From: an uncultured Fidelibacterota bacterium
GTDB taxonomy: Bacteria > Fidelibacterota > Marinisomatia > Marinisomatales > UBA1611
Length of the DNA: 64,000 nucleotides
Assembly: GCA_913043235.1 (NCBI GenBank)
Contig: CAJWLO010000005.1
Coordinates: 9,597 to 73,596, forward strand
Reading direction: 5' to 3'
The translations under genes and the position numbers were made by a program. The notes under the pieces are model-generated. The model ran no database searches. It saw only the letters and a list, made by a program, of their open reading frames with translations, and was not told the origin of the DNA. This document shows, piece after piece, positions 1-9,991 of this stretch (its first letter is position 1; the number at the start of each line of letters is the position of its first letter).

Positions 1-2
1 GA

Positions 3-140
3 AAATTTTCCCATTGTGGTGCTGAATCGTTTACACTTACGCGAGTAGATAATAGGTGGATGGTGATGGATTGGGCTTATACCGCCAATGAACCTGATAA
101 TTGCAATAGTCCATTAGGATCTTATAAAGAATTAAAATGA
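3..140 (+). CDS. 3' end of an unidentified CDS entering from upstream (45 codons)
   Basis: Frame is open from the window edge to TGA at 138-140 (..KFSHCGAESFTLTRVDNRWMVMDWAYTANEPDNCNSPLGSYKELK*). No family recognised. Confidence 0.3.
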   Translation, partial: KFSHCGAESFTLTRVDNRWMVMDWAYTANEPDNCNSPLGSYKELK

Positions 141-173
141 ATATTCTCTGAATTAAATAAAGGAGAGAAAAAA

Positions 174-344
174 ATGAAGAAAATTATACTAATGACAATG
201 CTAATGAGTGCAGTATTTGCACAAAGTGATTGCAATGAAACTAACTGGCGAGAATATTATTACAGCGATGGTCATGATATGAGAGGTTGTGACCTTTTAA
301 ACGTAGTAATATATATTTGGGATGGTAATACATTTTGTAGATAA
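174..344 (+). CDS. small secreted Cys-containing hypothetical protein (56 aa), absent from the ORF track
   Basis: ATG 174 is preceded by AGGAGAG (161-167). Translation is MKKIILMTMLMSAVFAQSDCNETNWREYYYSDGHDMRGCDLLNVVIYIWDGNTFCR*. It has a classic signal peptide ending AQ/S and 3 Cys in the mature part. TAA at 342-344. Confidence 0.35.
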   Translation: MKKIILMTMLMSAVFAQSDCNETNWREYYYSDGHDMRGCDLLNVVIYIWDGNTFCR

Positions 345-537
345 TCAATCTCTACCAACATTTGGAAAGGTAAGTTATCCAAACAATTTGGCTCTAAGAA
401 ATGTCATAGAGTTAAAAACTACTTAGTTAACTAAAACCTCATTCTAATTCTTAAAAATATCTTCCTCACGGGGGTTTTTTATTTATATCTAATTAATCCG
501 TAGATTTCATGGTATTAATCCAAAATAAGGAGATAAC

Positions 538-900
538 ATGGTCAATATAATCAATTGGGATGAATTAGAATGGGAAGAGGTTGCTCCATCTATTAGAAGA
601 AAAATGATTTGGGGTAAGCATACTATGATCGCCCGTTTAGAATTGAAAGACGGTTGCCTAGTCCCCCTACATCAGCATGAAAATGAACAGCTATCCTTTA
701 TTGAATCCGGCACCATTCGGTTTTGGCTTGGGGAGGATAAATCGGAAGTGGTGGATGTACATGCGGGCGAATCGTTAATTATTCCGCCCAATGTTCCTCA
801 TGAGGCGCTCATCATCGGTGATGTGATGGCGACAGATACATTCTCACCACCTCGCCAAGATTGGATCGATGGAGATGATAGTTACTTAAGAGATTCATGA
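538..900 (+). CDS. cupin-domain protein (cupin_2-like), cytoplasmic
   Basis: 120 aa. Two His-containing cupin motifs (PLHQHENEQLSFIESGTIRF ... IIPPNVPHEA). AGGAG at 528-532 lies 5 nt before the ATG. No signal peptide. Confidence 0.8.
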   Translation: MVNIINWDELEWEEVAPSIRRKMIWGKHTMIARLELKDGCLVPLHQHENEQLSFIESGTIRFWLGEDKSEVVDVHAGESLIIPPNVPHEALIIGDVMATDTFSPPRQDWIDGDDSYLRDS

Positions 901-1022
901 AATCTATGAATTCAGTCAAATCAATCTGCATTATTTTAGCTTTGGGATTTATAGGCGGCAGCTCTTTAAATCACACTCAGACTTTTTAAAGACCTAAAGC
1001 CTTCATTTTATGAAGAAGGATT

Positions 1023-1066
1023 ATATATTATTATATATAGTAATATATATGAATATATTATTATAT
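1023..1066. repeat. two exact copies of ATATATTATTATAT (1023-1036, 1053-1066), 30 bp apart, upstream of the SusC-like gene
   Basis: Read directly in the 268-bp AT-rich intergenic region. The period equals about three helical turns. Could be an operator/UP-like element or plain low complexity. Confidence 0.5.
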
Positions 1067-1177
1067 TAACTGAAACTTATAATGATTGTAGAATAATTTC
1101 ATTTCTTGATAACTCTACATACATCAATTAGAAAATAATTGTGAATCCTTAATCAATAACTGAAGTAGGTGACCATT

Positions 1178-4054
1178 ATGAAAAATGATACCAAATTAAA
1201 GAGATTTTTTATCTATTTAATCACATTGTTGGTGCCGGTTAGTTTGTTCGCTCAAGCAGGTAAAGCTTTAGGAACTGTTACAGATTCTGAAGGAAACCCG
1301 CTTGCTGGGGCGAATATTGCTGTAGTTGGAACGAGCTTTGGTGCAGCAGCTAACGAAAACGGTGAATTTACAATTGATGACTTGCCAGCTGGAGATTATG
1401 AGTTTGTAGCTTCCTATATTGGATATCAACAGTTTCGTCAAGCTGAATCTGTTTCGCCAGGAGGAACTGTAACTCTTCAATTTGTACTTAATCCTTCTGC
1501 AGTTGAATTAAATGAAATATTTGTAACTGGGACTGCAGGTGCTGCTTCTAGAAAAGAGATAGGTAATAGCGTTGGTACATTAAGAACTGGTTCACTAGAA
1601 GAACAACCCGCATCAACGCTAGCAGAAGCTCTTTATGGACAAACCACTGGTCTTACTCAGATGAGAAATGAAGGTCAGGTTGGTGCTGGGTCGCGTATTA
1701 TGTTGAGAGGTATGAATAGTATTTCACAAGATATACAACCTCTGATTTATATTGACGGTGTACGGATGAATAATAATGCTGGGACTTATTCTAGTCAGGC
1801 CGGTCGGAATCCGGGTGCTTATGGTGCACAGACCTCTCCGAATCCAATGGATGATATAAATATGGACGATATAGAGCGTGTTGAAATTATCCGTGGTGCA
1901 TCTGCAACCACACTTTATGGTACTGAAGCAGCCGGTGGCGTTATTCAAATATTCACAAAAAGAGGGTCATCGGGTCAAAAACCAAAGTGGAATGTTAAAA
2001 CAACAACCGGTAATCGCTTTATGTCGGAATATAACATGAGCCCCGTGCTTGCTAAGACAAGTGACTGGGGTTTTCTTAAGCCTTGGTTTAAAACAGGTGG
2101 AGTCAATGCTACGAATGTCTCAGTTAAAGGGGGAACAAATAATTTAAGATATTTTCTTTCTGGAGGTTATGATGATCAAATGGGTGTAGTTGATAAAAAT
2201 GATTCTCAGCTATTAAGTCTCAGAGGAAATTTCGGCTTTAGTCCAAGTGATAATGTTAGGCTAGAGTTCAATTCCAGCTACTCAAGTAGAGAAACAAACT
2301 ATGTTGAAAGTGGCGATAATGGTTATGGATTTATGTTAAATGTTTTAAGAGGCGATCAAGACTATACAAATGCCGCTGTACCGCAAGGCTATGTAGGTGA
2401 CCCTGATCAGTTAATATGGGACGTTGATAATGAGTCCAGTACGGAGCATTTTATTTTTGGTTTTAATATTAATCATTCGATGCCATCATTGAATATTGAT
2501 ACTCGTATTAGTTATGGTATGGACTACACTGATGCGCTTAACCGGCAAACAATCCCTTTTGATTGGCCTTTATTGCCTCGAGGTCGAAGAGCTATCAATC
2601 GCTGGAATCACCGTACACAAACAATTGAATTAGCAAGCACCTGGAGAGCGAATTTTGGTGAAAATATCACTTCAAAAATGACTGTTGGTGGTCAAATTTT
2701 TGATGATAGAGATCATACTATTTATTCTACTTCAGAAGATTTTGGAGGTCCAGGGCCAAAAACAGTATCATCTGGTGGAACAAAATTTACTGATGAAGAA
2801 GCACTAAATATTGTAACGGCAGGTATGTTTTGGGAGGAAGTTGTTGGGATTAACGATAGAGCATTTATTACTCTTGGTGTTAGAGTTGATGGTCATAGTG
2901 CTTTCGGTGGCGATTATGGATTACAGACTTATCCAAAGATTGCAGGTTCCTATATTCTTTCTGATCATGACTTTTGGCCTTCTTTTTGGGAGGTTATGAA
3001 AGTTAGAGCTGCATTTGGTCAGTCTGGAAAAGCTCCCAGTGCATTTGATGCTGTTAGAACATGGAATCCTGTAACGGGGAATGATGGCCAATCTGGAGTT
3101 ACTCCCGCCAATCTCGGGAATGCAGAATTAGGCCCAGAAAGGACAACGGAGGTTGAATTTGGTTTTGAGGCTAGTATATTGAATGGAATGATCGGTCTTG
3201 AGTTTACAACTTACAATGCCAAGACTGAAGATGCCTTGATGCCAGTTACGGCACCCCCATCGCTAGGTTGGTTGAATTCACAATTGACCAATGTTGGTTC
3301 TTTTACCAATAGCGGAATTGAACTTGCCTTAAAAACCCGACCAGTTCAGACAAGGGATTTAAAAGTTGAGTTGGGAGCTACATACTCTACTAATGATAGC
3401 AAGATTAATGATCTAGGTGGTATACCGGAATTTTTTGTAGGGTGGGGACCTCTTCTTGGCCAATGGGTAAAGGAAGGTTATCCGGTTATTTCTATGTGGG
3501 GTAATAAAGTGATGAATCCTGATGAGATGGCAGAACCAATTCTATCAGAAAGTATGGAATATTATGGCCCTGTTTATCCACCAGTTACATACGGTTTAAA
3601 TGCAACAATAACATATAAAAGTTTAACTTTTTCTGCATTAGCCGATGGACAGCAAGGAGCTTATCAATTCATGATCATGCCATGGCAACAGGTCAGAAGA
3701 GGGCTATGGCCAGAATGTAACGATCGAAAACCGCTTTCTGGACAAACAGCTATTTGGCGAGCTCGCTGTAAAGAACCTACACCTAACTTTGATCATTGGA
3801 TGCGGCCAGCGGACTTCTTCAAACTTAGAAATGTAGCCTTAACCTGGCGTATTCCTGATGGAATGTTATTTGACTTGAATGGTTCTAGCCTAACTTTGAC
3901 AGGTCAGAATCTTTGGAGATCAGGAAACTTTATTGGGTTTGATCCTGAGATGACAGTTGGAAATTCCGCATATGGACCATTCCCTGCACGTTATGAATAT
4001 TATCAAATACCTCCTGCAAGTGTGATTTCTCTCACTTTCAGGACTAGTATTTAG
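1178..4054 (+). CDS. SusC/RagA-like TonB-dependent outer-membrane transporter
   Basis: Signal peptide (..VSLFAQA). CarboxypepD_reg-like domain (GTVTDSEGNPLAGANIAVVGTSFGAAANENGEFTIDDLPAGDYEFVASYIGY). Plug motif DIERVEIIRGASATTLYGTEAAGGVIQIFTKRG. About 960 aa, followed by a SusD-like gene. ATG 1178 with AGGTGA 7 nt upstream is preferred over the track's GTG 1169. Confidence 0.9.
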   Translation: MKNDTKLKRFFIYLITLLVPVSLFAQAGKALGTVTDSEGNPLAGANIAVVGTSFGAAANENGEFTIDDLPAGDYEFVASYIGYQQFRQAESVSPGGTVTLQFVLNPSAVELNEIFVTGTAGAASRKEIGNSVGTLRTGSLEEQPASTLAEALYGQTTGLTQMRNEGQVGAGSRIMLRGMNSISQDIQPLIYIDGVRMNNNAGTYSSQAGRNPGAYGAQTSPNPMDDINMDDIERVEIIRGASATTLYGTEAAGGVIQIFTKRGSSGQKPKWNVKTTTGNRFMSEYNMSPVLAKTSDWGFLKPWFKTGGVNATNVSVKGGTNNLRYFLSGGYDDQMGVVDKNDSQLLSLRGNFGFSPSDNVRLEFNSSYSSRETNYVESGDNGYGFMLNVLRGDQDYTNAAVPQGYVGDPDQLIWDVDNESSTEHFIFGFNINHSMPSLNIDTRISYGMDYTDALNRQTIPFDWPLLPRGRRAINRWNHRTQTIELASTWRANFGENITSKMTVGGQIFDDRDHTIYSTSEDFGGPGPKTVSSGGTKFTDEEALNIVTAGMFWEEVVGINDRAFITLGVRVDGHSAFGGDYGLQTYPKIAGSYILSDHDFWPSFWEVMKVRAAFGQSGKAPSAFDAVRTWNPVTGNDGQSGVTPANLGNAELGPERTTEVEFGFEASILNGMIGLEFTTYNAKTEDALMPVTAPPSLGWLNSQLTNVGSFTNSGIELALKTRPVQTRDLKVELGATYSTNDSKINDLGGIPEFFVGWGPLLGQWVKEGYPVISMWGNKVMNPDEMAEPILSESMEYYGPVYPPVTYGLNATITYKSLTFSALADGQQGAYQFMIMPWQQVRRGLWPECNDRKPLSGQTAIWRARCKEPTPNFDHWMRPADFFKLRNVALTWRIPDGMLFDLNGSSLTLTGQNLWRSGNFIGFDPEMTVGNSAYGPFPARYEYYQIPPASVISLTFRTSI

Positions 4055-4068
4055 GAGGATAATAGATT

Positions 4069-5280
4069 ATGAAAAAATTAATAAAAGAAAATAATCGATT
4101 ATTAACTATTGCTCTTTCATTTCTTATTTACAGTTGCGGAGATATTTTTGAGGTCATAAATCCAGGTCCCATTATTGATTCGGCCCTAGATGAAGAGGCT
4201 TCTGGGAAAACTGTATTAATAGGTGCAATCTCTGATGTTGAAGTTTCTGCGAATCTTTTTGCACTCTATGCAGGTGTAGCATCAACGGATATGGCTGCAG
4301 ATGCAACCAGGCCATGGGTACAAATACCAAGTGATGGTGATTTAAATTCACTTAATGATCAGGTTTGGGCTCCAGGCCATCTTGGGCGATGGTCATCAGA
4401 AGCTGCAGTTGCAAGGCTTCAGGCAACCCAGTCTAATGCTAGTTCAAGTGCTCTAGTAGCAGGGGCATATCTACATGCAGGATATGCAAATCGACTATTA
4501 GCTGATAATGTTTGTGTAATGGTTATTGATGGTGGTTCTGGTTCGCAAGCCGACGGCCATTATACTAGGGCTATAGAACATTTTAATAACGCTATTACAA
4601 TTGCTAAAGCTAGTGGAGATCAGACAATTGAGAAAGCTGCAATTGCTGGAAGAGCACAATGCAATTTGATTCTGGGAAATTATTCGAAAGCTGCAGAAGA
4701 TGCAGCTTTAATTTCGGATGATTTTCTATTCGTGGCAAATCGTTCAAGTAACAGTGGAAGAGAAAATAATCTTACTTGGTCTGAATCACATGATCAAAAA
4801 CAAATAACTATATATGGACGTCCCATGGCCGACCCAGCATATGTTGATTATGCTGATCCTAGAACACCAATGGAGGATGTGGGAATTCTTGCAGCTAGTG
4901 GAACCAAACCATTCCTTAGACAGAAAAAATATCCTTTGAATAGTTCAAATATTCCATTGGCTAAAGGGTCAGAAATGCGGCTAATTGAAGCTGAAGTTAT
5001 GTTAAGGGATGGAAATATTGCTGGATGTATGGAAAAAATCAATTCAGTTAGGACTGCCGCAGGTGTGGCTAACAAAACTGCTACGACTACAAGTGAAGCT
5101 TGGCTTGCTTTAGATCAGGAGAGACATTTAGTGCTATGGCTTGAAGGAAGAAGACTAAAAGACAATGTTCGCTTTAATGGGCTTAGTTCTTTATCAACTG
5201 ATTTTATGGAAGGACGAGATGTTTGCTTTCCACCAAGTCTAGCAGAAATTGCAGCAAATAAGAATTTAAACTGGCCGTAA
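4069..5280 (+). CDS. SusD/RagB-like nutrient-binding outer-membrane lipoprotein (short, 403 aa)
   Basis: Starts 15 nt after the SusC-like stop. AGGAGG at 4053-4058. Lipobox LIYSC. Helical Ala-rich TPR-like middle. C-terminal ..HLVLWLEGRRLKDNVRF.. resembles the SusD-family C-terminal region. Confidence 0.7.
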   Translation: MKKLIKENNRLLTIALSFLIYSCGDIFEVINPGPIIDSALDEEASGKTVLIGAISDVEVSANLFALYAGVASTDMAADATRPWVQIPSDGDLNSLNDQVWAPGHLGRWSSEAAVARLQATQSNASSSALVAGAYLHAGYANRLLADNVCVMVIDGGSGSQADGHYTRAIEHFNNAITIAKASGDQTIEKAAIAGRAQCNLILGNYSKAAEDAALISDDFLFVANRSSNSGRENNLTWSESHDQKQITIYGRPMADPAYVDYADPRTPMEDVGILAASGTKPFLRQKKYPLNSSNIPLAKGSEMRLIEAEVMLRDGNIAGCMEKINSVRTAAGVANKTATTTSEAWLALDQERHLVLWLEGRRLKDNVRFNGLSSLSTDFMEGRDVCFPPSLAEIAANKNLNWP

Positions 5281-5314
5281 TAACTAATTATAATTAACTC
5301 ACAATAAATAAAAA

Positions 5315-5343
5315 GGGTCTGCAAATGCAGACCCTTTTTATTT
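5315..5343 (+). terminator. rho-independent terminator after the SusC/SusD pair
   Basis: GGGTCTGC (5315-5322), loop AAAT, GCAGACCC (5327-5334), then TTTTTATTT. An A-run upstream would also allow function on the other strand. Confidence 0.8.
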
Positions 5344-5402
5344 ATATTTTTCTTTATTTTTAGTAGACTTGAAACTCCAAATAAACCCATTAAATTATTT
5401 TC

Positions 5403-5933
5403 ATGAAAAAAATGAGACCAATTGTATTGATTTCACTATTGACTTTTCTAGGTTGTGCTACTTCAGGTCCAAACTATTCAGTTGAGAATTTTCAATGTTA
5501 TCCCGAATCAGTATATTTATTTCGCCATGCTGAAAAACAAATCATCAAGGGCGAGAAGAATCCGGAATTGACGATAGAAGGATTTGCCAGATCCGATGCG
5601 TTGGCCGAAGCCTTAAAGGATGTTCAAAATGGTGTCATCTATTCCAGTGAATTTAAGCGGACGCAGCAAACGGTGAATCCCTTGGCCAGTGTTTGGAATA
5701 CGAATGTAAAAATCCACACAGCCCATGACCCGGAAGGGCAGATCGAGCGTGCCCTTTCCCATTGCGGCAAAACAGTGATTATTTCAGGGCATTCCAACAC
5801 GCTCCCCAATTTGATTGGATTGTTTGGCATCATCGATGAAATCACAATTTCTGATGACCAATACGGTGACCTATTTCAAATTCAATGGAAAGATGGAAAG
5901 CCTGTACTAACTGTCACTCAGATCAGTATATGA
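5403..5933 (+). CDS. histidine phosphatase family (SixA/phosphoglycerate-mutase-like) lipoprotein
   Basis: Lipobox LTFLGC. Catalytic RH motif (YLFRHAEK) and second His motif (ISGHSNT). 176 aa. Confidence 0.7.
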   Translation: MKKMRPIVLISLLTFLGCATSGPNYSVENFQCYPESVYLFRHAEKQIIKGEKNPELTIEGFARSDALAEALKDVQNGVIYSSEFKRTQQTVNPLASVWNTNVKIHTAHDPEGQIERALSHCGKTVIISGHSNTLPNLIGLFGIIDEITISDDQYGDLFQIQWKDGKPVLTVTQISI

Positions 5934-8842
5934 GAAAAATTACACTAAGCATTTTTATTTTTCTTCAGTTCGGATGTGAAAACAATAATCCAACAATTAC
6001 AGAAGAGATACAGACCCTAAAGACCTATCCATTTTCAGAGCCAAACCCTATTCCCTATCTTACTAAGGATAAACGGTTATATCCATACCATCAAATAATG
6101 GGATATGCTCATACAGGGACCCCAGAAGAATGGAAAGTCATAAAAATGGAAAATGATCATATTGAAGTGTATGTTCTGCCAGAAGTGGGCGGTAAAGTAT
6201 GGGGTGCAATTGATAAGGCCAATGGTCAAGAATTCATTTATAGGAATGAAGTGATGAAATTTCGAAATATTGCGCTTCGTGGACCATGGACATCAGGCGG
6301 GATTGAATTCAATTTTGGTGTAATCGGCCATACCCCGTCCACGGCAACCCCTGTTGACTATTTAACTCGGACAAATCCTGATGGAAGTGTATCCACCTTT
6401 GTTGGTGCCATGGATCTGCCATCCCGGACCCATTGGCGGGTGGAAATAAGAGTAGAACCAAATAGAGCCAATTTTGAGACCCATGCACTGTGGTACAATC
6501 CAACGCCCACAATTCAGGCCTATTACAATTGGATGACTGCCGCTGCTTTCGCCCAGGATGATCTTGAAATGGTTTTTCCCGGTGATCGTTACCTAAAACA
6601 TAGCGGTGAAGTTTTGCCGTGGTCAATTGATAGTGAAGAACGCAACTTGACTTATTATGACAATAACCGATTCGAAGGCCATAAATCCTACCATGTGGTA
6701 GGTGCCTGGAAGAATTTTTTCGGAGGATATTATCATAATGATGGATACGGTTTTGGTCATTGGGCTTCACAAGATGAAATGCCGGGTCAAAAACTCTGGC
6801 TGTGGGCTTTATCAGATGAGGGGGGTATATGGGAAGATCATTTGACCGATACTGATGGCCAGTACATTGAATTCCAAGCCGGAAGACAACTGGTTCAATA
6901 TTCTCCAGGTGATCATGAGAACCCAATCCGTAAAGCAGGTTTTGACCCTTATGGTGCAGATCTATGGACCGAAGCCTGGTTTCCAGTTGGCAAACTGGGA
7001 GGAATGGTAGAGGTATCTAAAGATGGAGCCATGAATGTTGAGGTTGAAAATGGAAAGATTAATATTAAACTTCATTCATTTATCCAAACTTCCGGTACGA
7101 TCAAAGTGGTATCAAAAGGGAGAAATATCTTTACAGCAGAATTGGACTTACTACCTCGAGAGATCCACAAAGTCACTGCTGATTATGCTCATGACTTTGA
7201 AGTGGTCTTTTCTGAGCTTGACCTTCATTATTTTTCCAACCCCAATGTTAATCGGCTGAATCGATCCTATAATACAAAGCCGGAGGTGATAGCTGCTATC
7301 TCAAAATCAGATCAAGATTATAGATTAGGATTTGAATATTTAAAAGAACGAAAACATGATAAAGCTGAGACCCTATTTAAATCTATTCTGAGAACCAATC
7401 CAAATCATCTAAGCGCCAATAATTCGATGGCAGATCTGTATTTCCGTAAAGCAATGATCCCAGAGGGATTAAATTTGATTCACAAAAACTTATCGGTGGA
7501 TAGCTACGACGCAGAAGCTAATTTCATCGCAGGAAATCTTTATAGGGCCAATAAGAATTTCAATGATGCTCGTGAAGCTTTTGGTTGGGCTGCCCGTTCA
7601 ATGGCATACCGTTCCGTAGCGTTTGCCCAGATAGGAGAAATTTATCTTATTGAAAAAAAATGGAATCGTGCAATTCATTATGCCAAACAGGCACTGGACT
7701 TTAACCGTTTTAATATGAATGCCCTTCAAGTTTTAGTAATTGCCAATCGGAAATTGGGCAACGTCGCCGAATCCAAAAAATGGGTTGACCAATTATTGTG
7801 GATCGATCCACTCCACCATTTTGCTAATCTGGAAATGCATCTGCTTGACCCATCTAATAGTAATCTTGAACGATTGCAAAAATTGATCCAGAATGAATTT
7901 CCAGAACAAACCTATTTGGAGCTGGCTATTTCTTATTTTAATCGCGGATTGAATGAGGAAGCAGTTACTACTTTGAATAATCAAGTACACCCCATGACTG
8001 TTATCTGGTCGGCTTATCTAATGGATGATCCGTCTCTACTGGAAAAGGCAATTCAAAAATCTCCAGCTTATGTTCATCCCTTCAGGCGCGAGTCAATTTC
8101 TGTATTGGAATGGGCAGTAATGGAGAATGATAGTTGGCAATTCAAATATTTATTGGCATTGAATTACTGGGCAAAGAACAGGGAAGAAGATGCTTTAAAA
8201 TTGATGAATCAATTGAACAATGTTCCAAAATTTGGAGCTTTTTATGCTGCCCGAGCTGCCCTGAAAAGTAAATGGGGTCATCCCGGATCAGTAAATGATC
8301 TGGAACTTTCTCTGTCTCTTTCTCCAGATAGCTGGCCGCTACGTTTGAACGCAATTAACTATCACCAAAAGGAAGGTAATTGGCCTAAGTCGTTGAAACT
8401 TTCTTCTAAAGCCATGGATCAATTTCCAGAAAATTTTGATATAGAAATCATGCATGCCCGGTCATTATTATATAATGATCAATTGGATGCATGTATCACT
8501 GCCTTAAATGACGCTGATGTCTTGCCCTCTGAAATGGCCAGAGAAAGCCGTCAATTATTTGAATGGGTCCATTTAGCAAAAGCAGTTCAGTTGGTTGAAA
8601 ATGGGCAGGATGACCAGGCCAAAGTTCACATTGAGACCAGCCGGGAATGGCCAGTGCATTTAGGTATCGGTAGACCCTACAAATCCGATGAAAGACTACA
8701 AAATATTCTGAGCGCTCATTTGGATGGGGAAATATCTCAAGAGAATAGTATTCGGCGCTTAAAGAGATTAATAAAAGATAAATCTATGGTTGGTTATTTT
8801 CCTATTTTGGTCGAAAAAGCTATCAACGCATTTCAGAAATGA
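5930..8842 (+). CDS. DUF5107-like N-terminal domain plus TPR-repeat lipoprotein
   Basis: ATG 5930 overlaps the upstream stop as ATGA and gives MRKITLSIFIFLQFGC (lipobox). The N-terminal about 400 aa (EVGGKVWGAIDK..GGIEFNFGVIGHTPSTATPVDY..WRVEIRVEP) matches my recollection of DUF5107. The C-terminal half is TPR-like. The track's upstream start at 5885 is rejected. Confidence 0.65.
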   Translation: MRKITLSIFIFLQFGCENNNPTITEEIQTLKTYPFSEPNPIPYLTKDKRLYPYHQIMGYAHTGTPEEWKVIKMENDHIEVYVLPEVGGKVWGAIDKANGQEFIYRNEVMKFRNIALRGPWTSGGIEFNFGVIGHTPSTATPVDYLTRTNPDGSVSTFVGAMDLPSRTHWRVEIRVEPNRANFETHALWYNPTPTIQAYYNWMTAAAFAQDDLEMVFPGDRYLKHSGEVLPWSIDSEERNLTYYDNNRFEGHKSYHVVGAWKNFFGGYYHNDGYGFGHWASQDEMPGQKLWLWALSDEGGIWEDHLTDTDGQYIEFQAGRQLVQYSPGDHENPIRKAGFDPYGADLWTEAWFPVGKLGGMVEVSKDGAMNVEVENGKINIKLHSFIQTSGTIKVVSKGRNIFTAELDLLPREIHKVTADYAHDFEVVFSELDLHYFSNPNVNRLNRSYNTKPEVIAAISKSDQDYRLGFEYLKERKHDKAETLFKSILRTNPNHLSANNSMADLYFRKAMIPEGLNLIHKNLSVDSYDAEANFIAGNLYRANKNFNDAREAFGWAARSMAYRSVAFAQIGEIYLIEKKWNRAIHYAKQALDFNRFNMNALQVLVIANRKLGNVAESKKWVDQLLWIDPLHHFANLEMHLLDPSNSNLERLQKLIQNEFPEQTYLELAISYFNRGLNEEAVTTLNNQVHPMTVIWSAYLMDDPSLLEKAIQKSPAYVHPFRRESISVLEWAVMENDSWQFKYLLALNYWAKNREEDALKLMNQLNNVPKFGAFYAARAALKSKWGHPGSVNDLELSLSLSPDSWPLRLNAINYHQKEGNWPKSLKLSSKAMDQFPENFDIEIMHARSLLYNDQLDACITALNDADVLPSEMARESRQLFEWVHLAKAVQLVENGQDDQAKVHIETSREWPVHLGIGRPYKSDERLQNILSAHLDGEISQENSIRRLKRLIKDKSMVGYFPILVEKAINAFQK

Positions 8843-9078
8843 TACCCTTGCGATCATTAAAATTTTATTCTGAATAATAATATCCAAATGAGTAAAGGTC
8901 TTTAATACTGTAATTTTGTCTATGGGAAAGAAACAAAAAGAAAAGAACACAGAGCCTCAACCTGAGTGGGAAAAACTGGGATTCGCAGGTTTGATACTCA
9001 CGGCTCTAGAAAAGGCAGGAAAAAAGAAGAAGAAAAAAATGGATAATCCAATAATCAAGAAGGATTATTGGTAATAAT

Positions 9079-9990
9079 TCAACGAATCGAATTTTGGATT
9101 TTTCTTAAAAGTTCATTTGTCAGTCTGATACCTTCCATTTCGCTGTGGACACTACCTTCATATTCAATCCCCACATAACCATTGTATCCCGCATCTAATA
9201 CAATATCAATCATGCGGTAGAAGTCCGAGCCTGTCTCATCCCCATTGGCATCAAATTCATGGCTCTTGGCGCTCACGGCCTTGGCATAGGGCATAAGTTC
9301 GGCCATTCCCTTATAGCGCTCATACCATTCATCACCCTGGATGCGAAAATTACCAAAGTCTGGCAACGTGCCCACCCGTGGATGGTCTACTTTTTCCATC
9401 ACCGCTGCCAGCCATTTACCATTGGATGAAAGTCCACCATGATTCTCTACAATCGTATTGATGCCGATGGAATCGCCGAATTCAGTCAGCTTTCTTAATC
9501 CATCTGCCGCCAATTCAACCTGGTCATCCCATGACCCTTCACTTCGGGCATTCACTCGAATGGAATGACAACCTAGAAATTTAGCCGCTTCTGCCCATTT
9601 ATAATGGTTTTCTACTGCCTGATTTCTTTTATTTTTATCAGGATCACCAAGATTGCCTTCATTATCACACATAATAAGCAAACTTTTAACATCATGATCA
9701 TTTGCTCTAGTATTCATCTCACTAAGGTATTTTTGATCTTGAGCTTTATCAAAAAAGAAGGAATTAACATATTCAACCGCATCAAGACCAAACTCAGTTT
9801 TTGTTAAAGAAATAAAATCCAAATGATCAATTTTCTTGGATTGCAAAGCGCGGTGCAAAGACCACTCAGCTAATGATATTTTAAATAGTTCAGTTTTATT
9901 ACAGCCTGAAAGTAAGGAGCCGCTCAATCCCGTGAAGGCCAAACTGCCTGTGACCTTAGCCAATTTTATATTAAAGTTCCGCCGATTCAA
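9079..9990 (-). CDS. Tat-exported sugar-phosphate isomerase/epimerase (xylose-isomerase-like TIM barrel) protein
   Basis: AP_endonuc_2/xylose-isomerase-like features (..GLDAVEY.., ..CHSIRVN.., ..IVENHGG.., ..GYVGIEYEG). In-frame TTG at 9990 lies 1 nt after the upstream stop (9992-9994). It gives (M)[23 protein letters not shown], a twin-arginine signal. The track's ATG at 10077 would overlap the upstream gene by 86 nt. Confidence 0.8.
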   Translation of the reverse strand: MNRRNFNIKLAKVTGSLAFTGLSGSLLSGCNKTELFKISLAEWSLHRALQSKKIDHLDFISLTKTEFGLDAVEYVNSFFFDKAQDQKYLSEMNTRANDHDVKSLLIMCDNEGNLGDPDKNKRNQAVENHYKWAEAAKFLGCHSIRVNARSEGSWDDQVELAADGLRKLTEFGDSIGINTIVENHGGLSSNGKWLAAVMEKVDHPRVGTLPDFGNFRIQGDEWYERYKGMAELMPYAKAVSAKSHEFDANGDETGSDFYRMIDIVLDAGYNGYVGIEYEGSVHSEMEGIRLTNELLRKIQNSIR

Positions 9991-9991
9991 A

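Noticed and set aside
455-490. Possible terminator CCTCACGGGGG followed by TTTTTTATTT after the small ORF region
   Set aside because: The stem is only about 4 bp and includes a G-U pair. It is too weak to call a terminator, although the T-run is suggestive.
5885-5929. N-terminal extensions proposed by the ORF track (5885, 10666, 10077, 15486, 48307, 51384, 1169)
   Set aside because: Each extension overlaps the upstream gene or lacks an RBS. A downstream start has an SD and yields a proper signal peptide, lipobox or Tat motif.
6309-6926. 205-aa minus-strand ORF inside the DUF5107/TPR gene
   Set aside because: It lies entirely antisense to a long ORF with recognisable domains. It has no RBS, and its composition (His/Arg/Pro/Gln-rich) looks like a shadow frame. 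The same reasoning applies to 7035-7259, 7793-7990 and 8142-8354.
8922-9074. 50-codon Lys-rich ORF (MGKKQKEKNTEPQPEWEKLGFAGLILTALEKAGKKKKKKMDNPIIKKDYW) in the convergent gap between 8842 and 9079
   Set aside because: No SD upstream. The poly-Lys run comes from an A-rich tract. No recognisable family. It could be real but I cannot support it.
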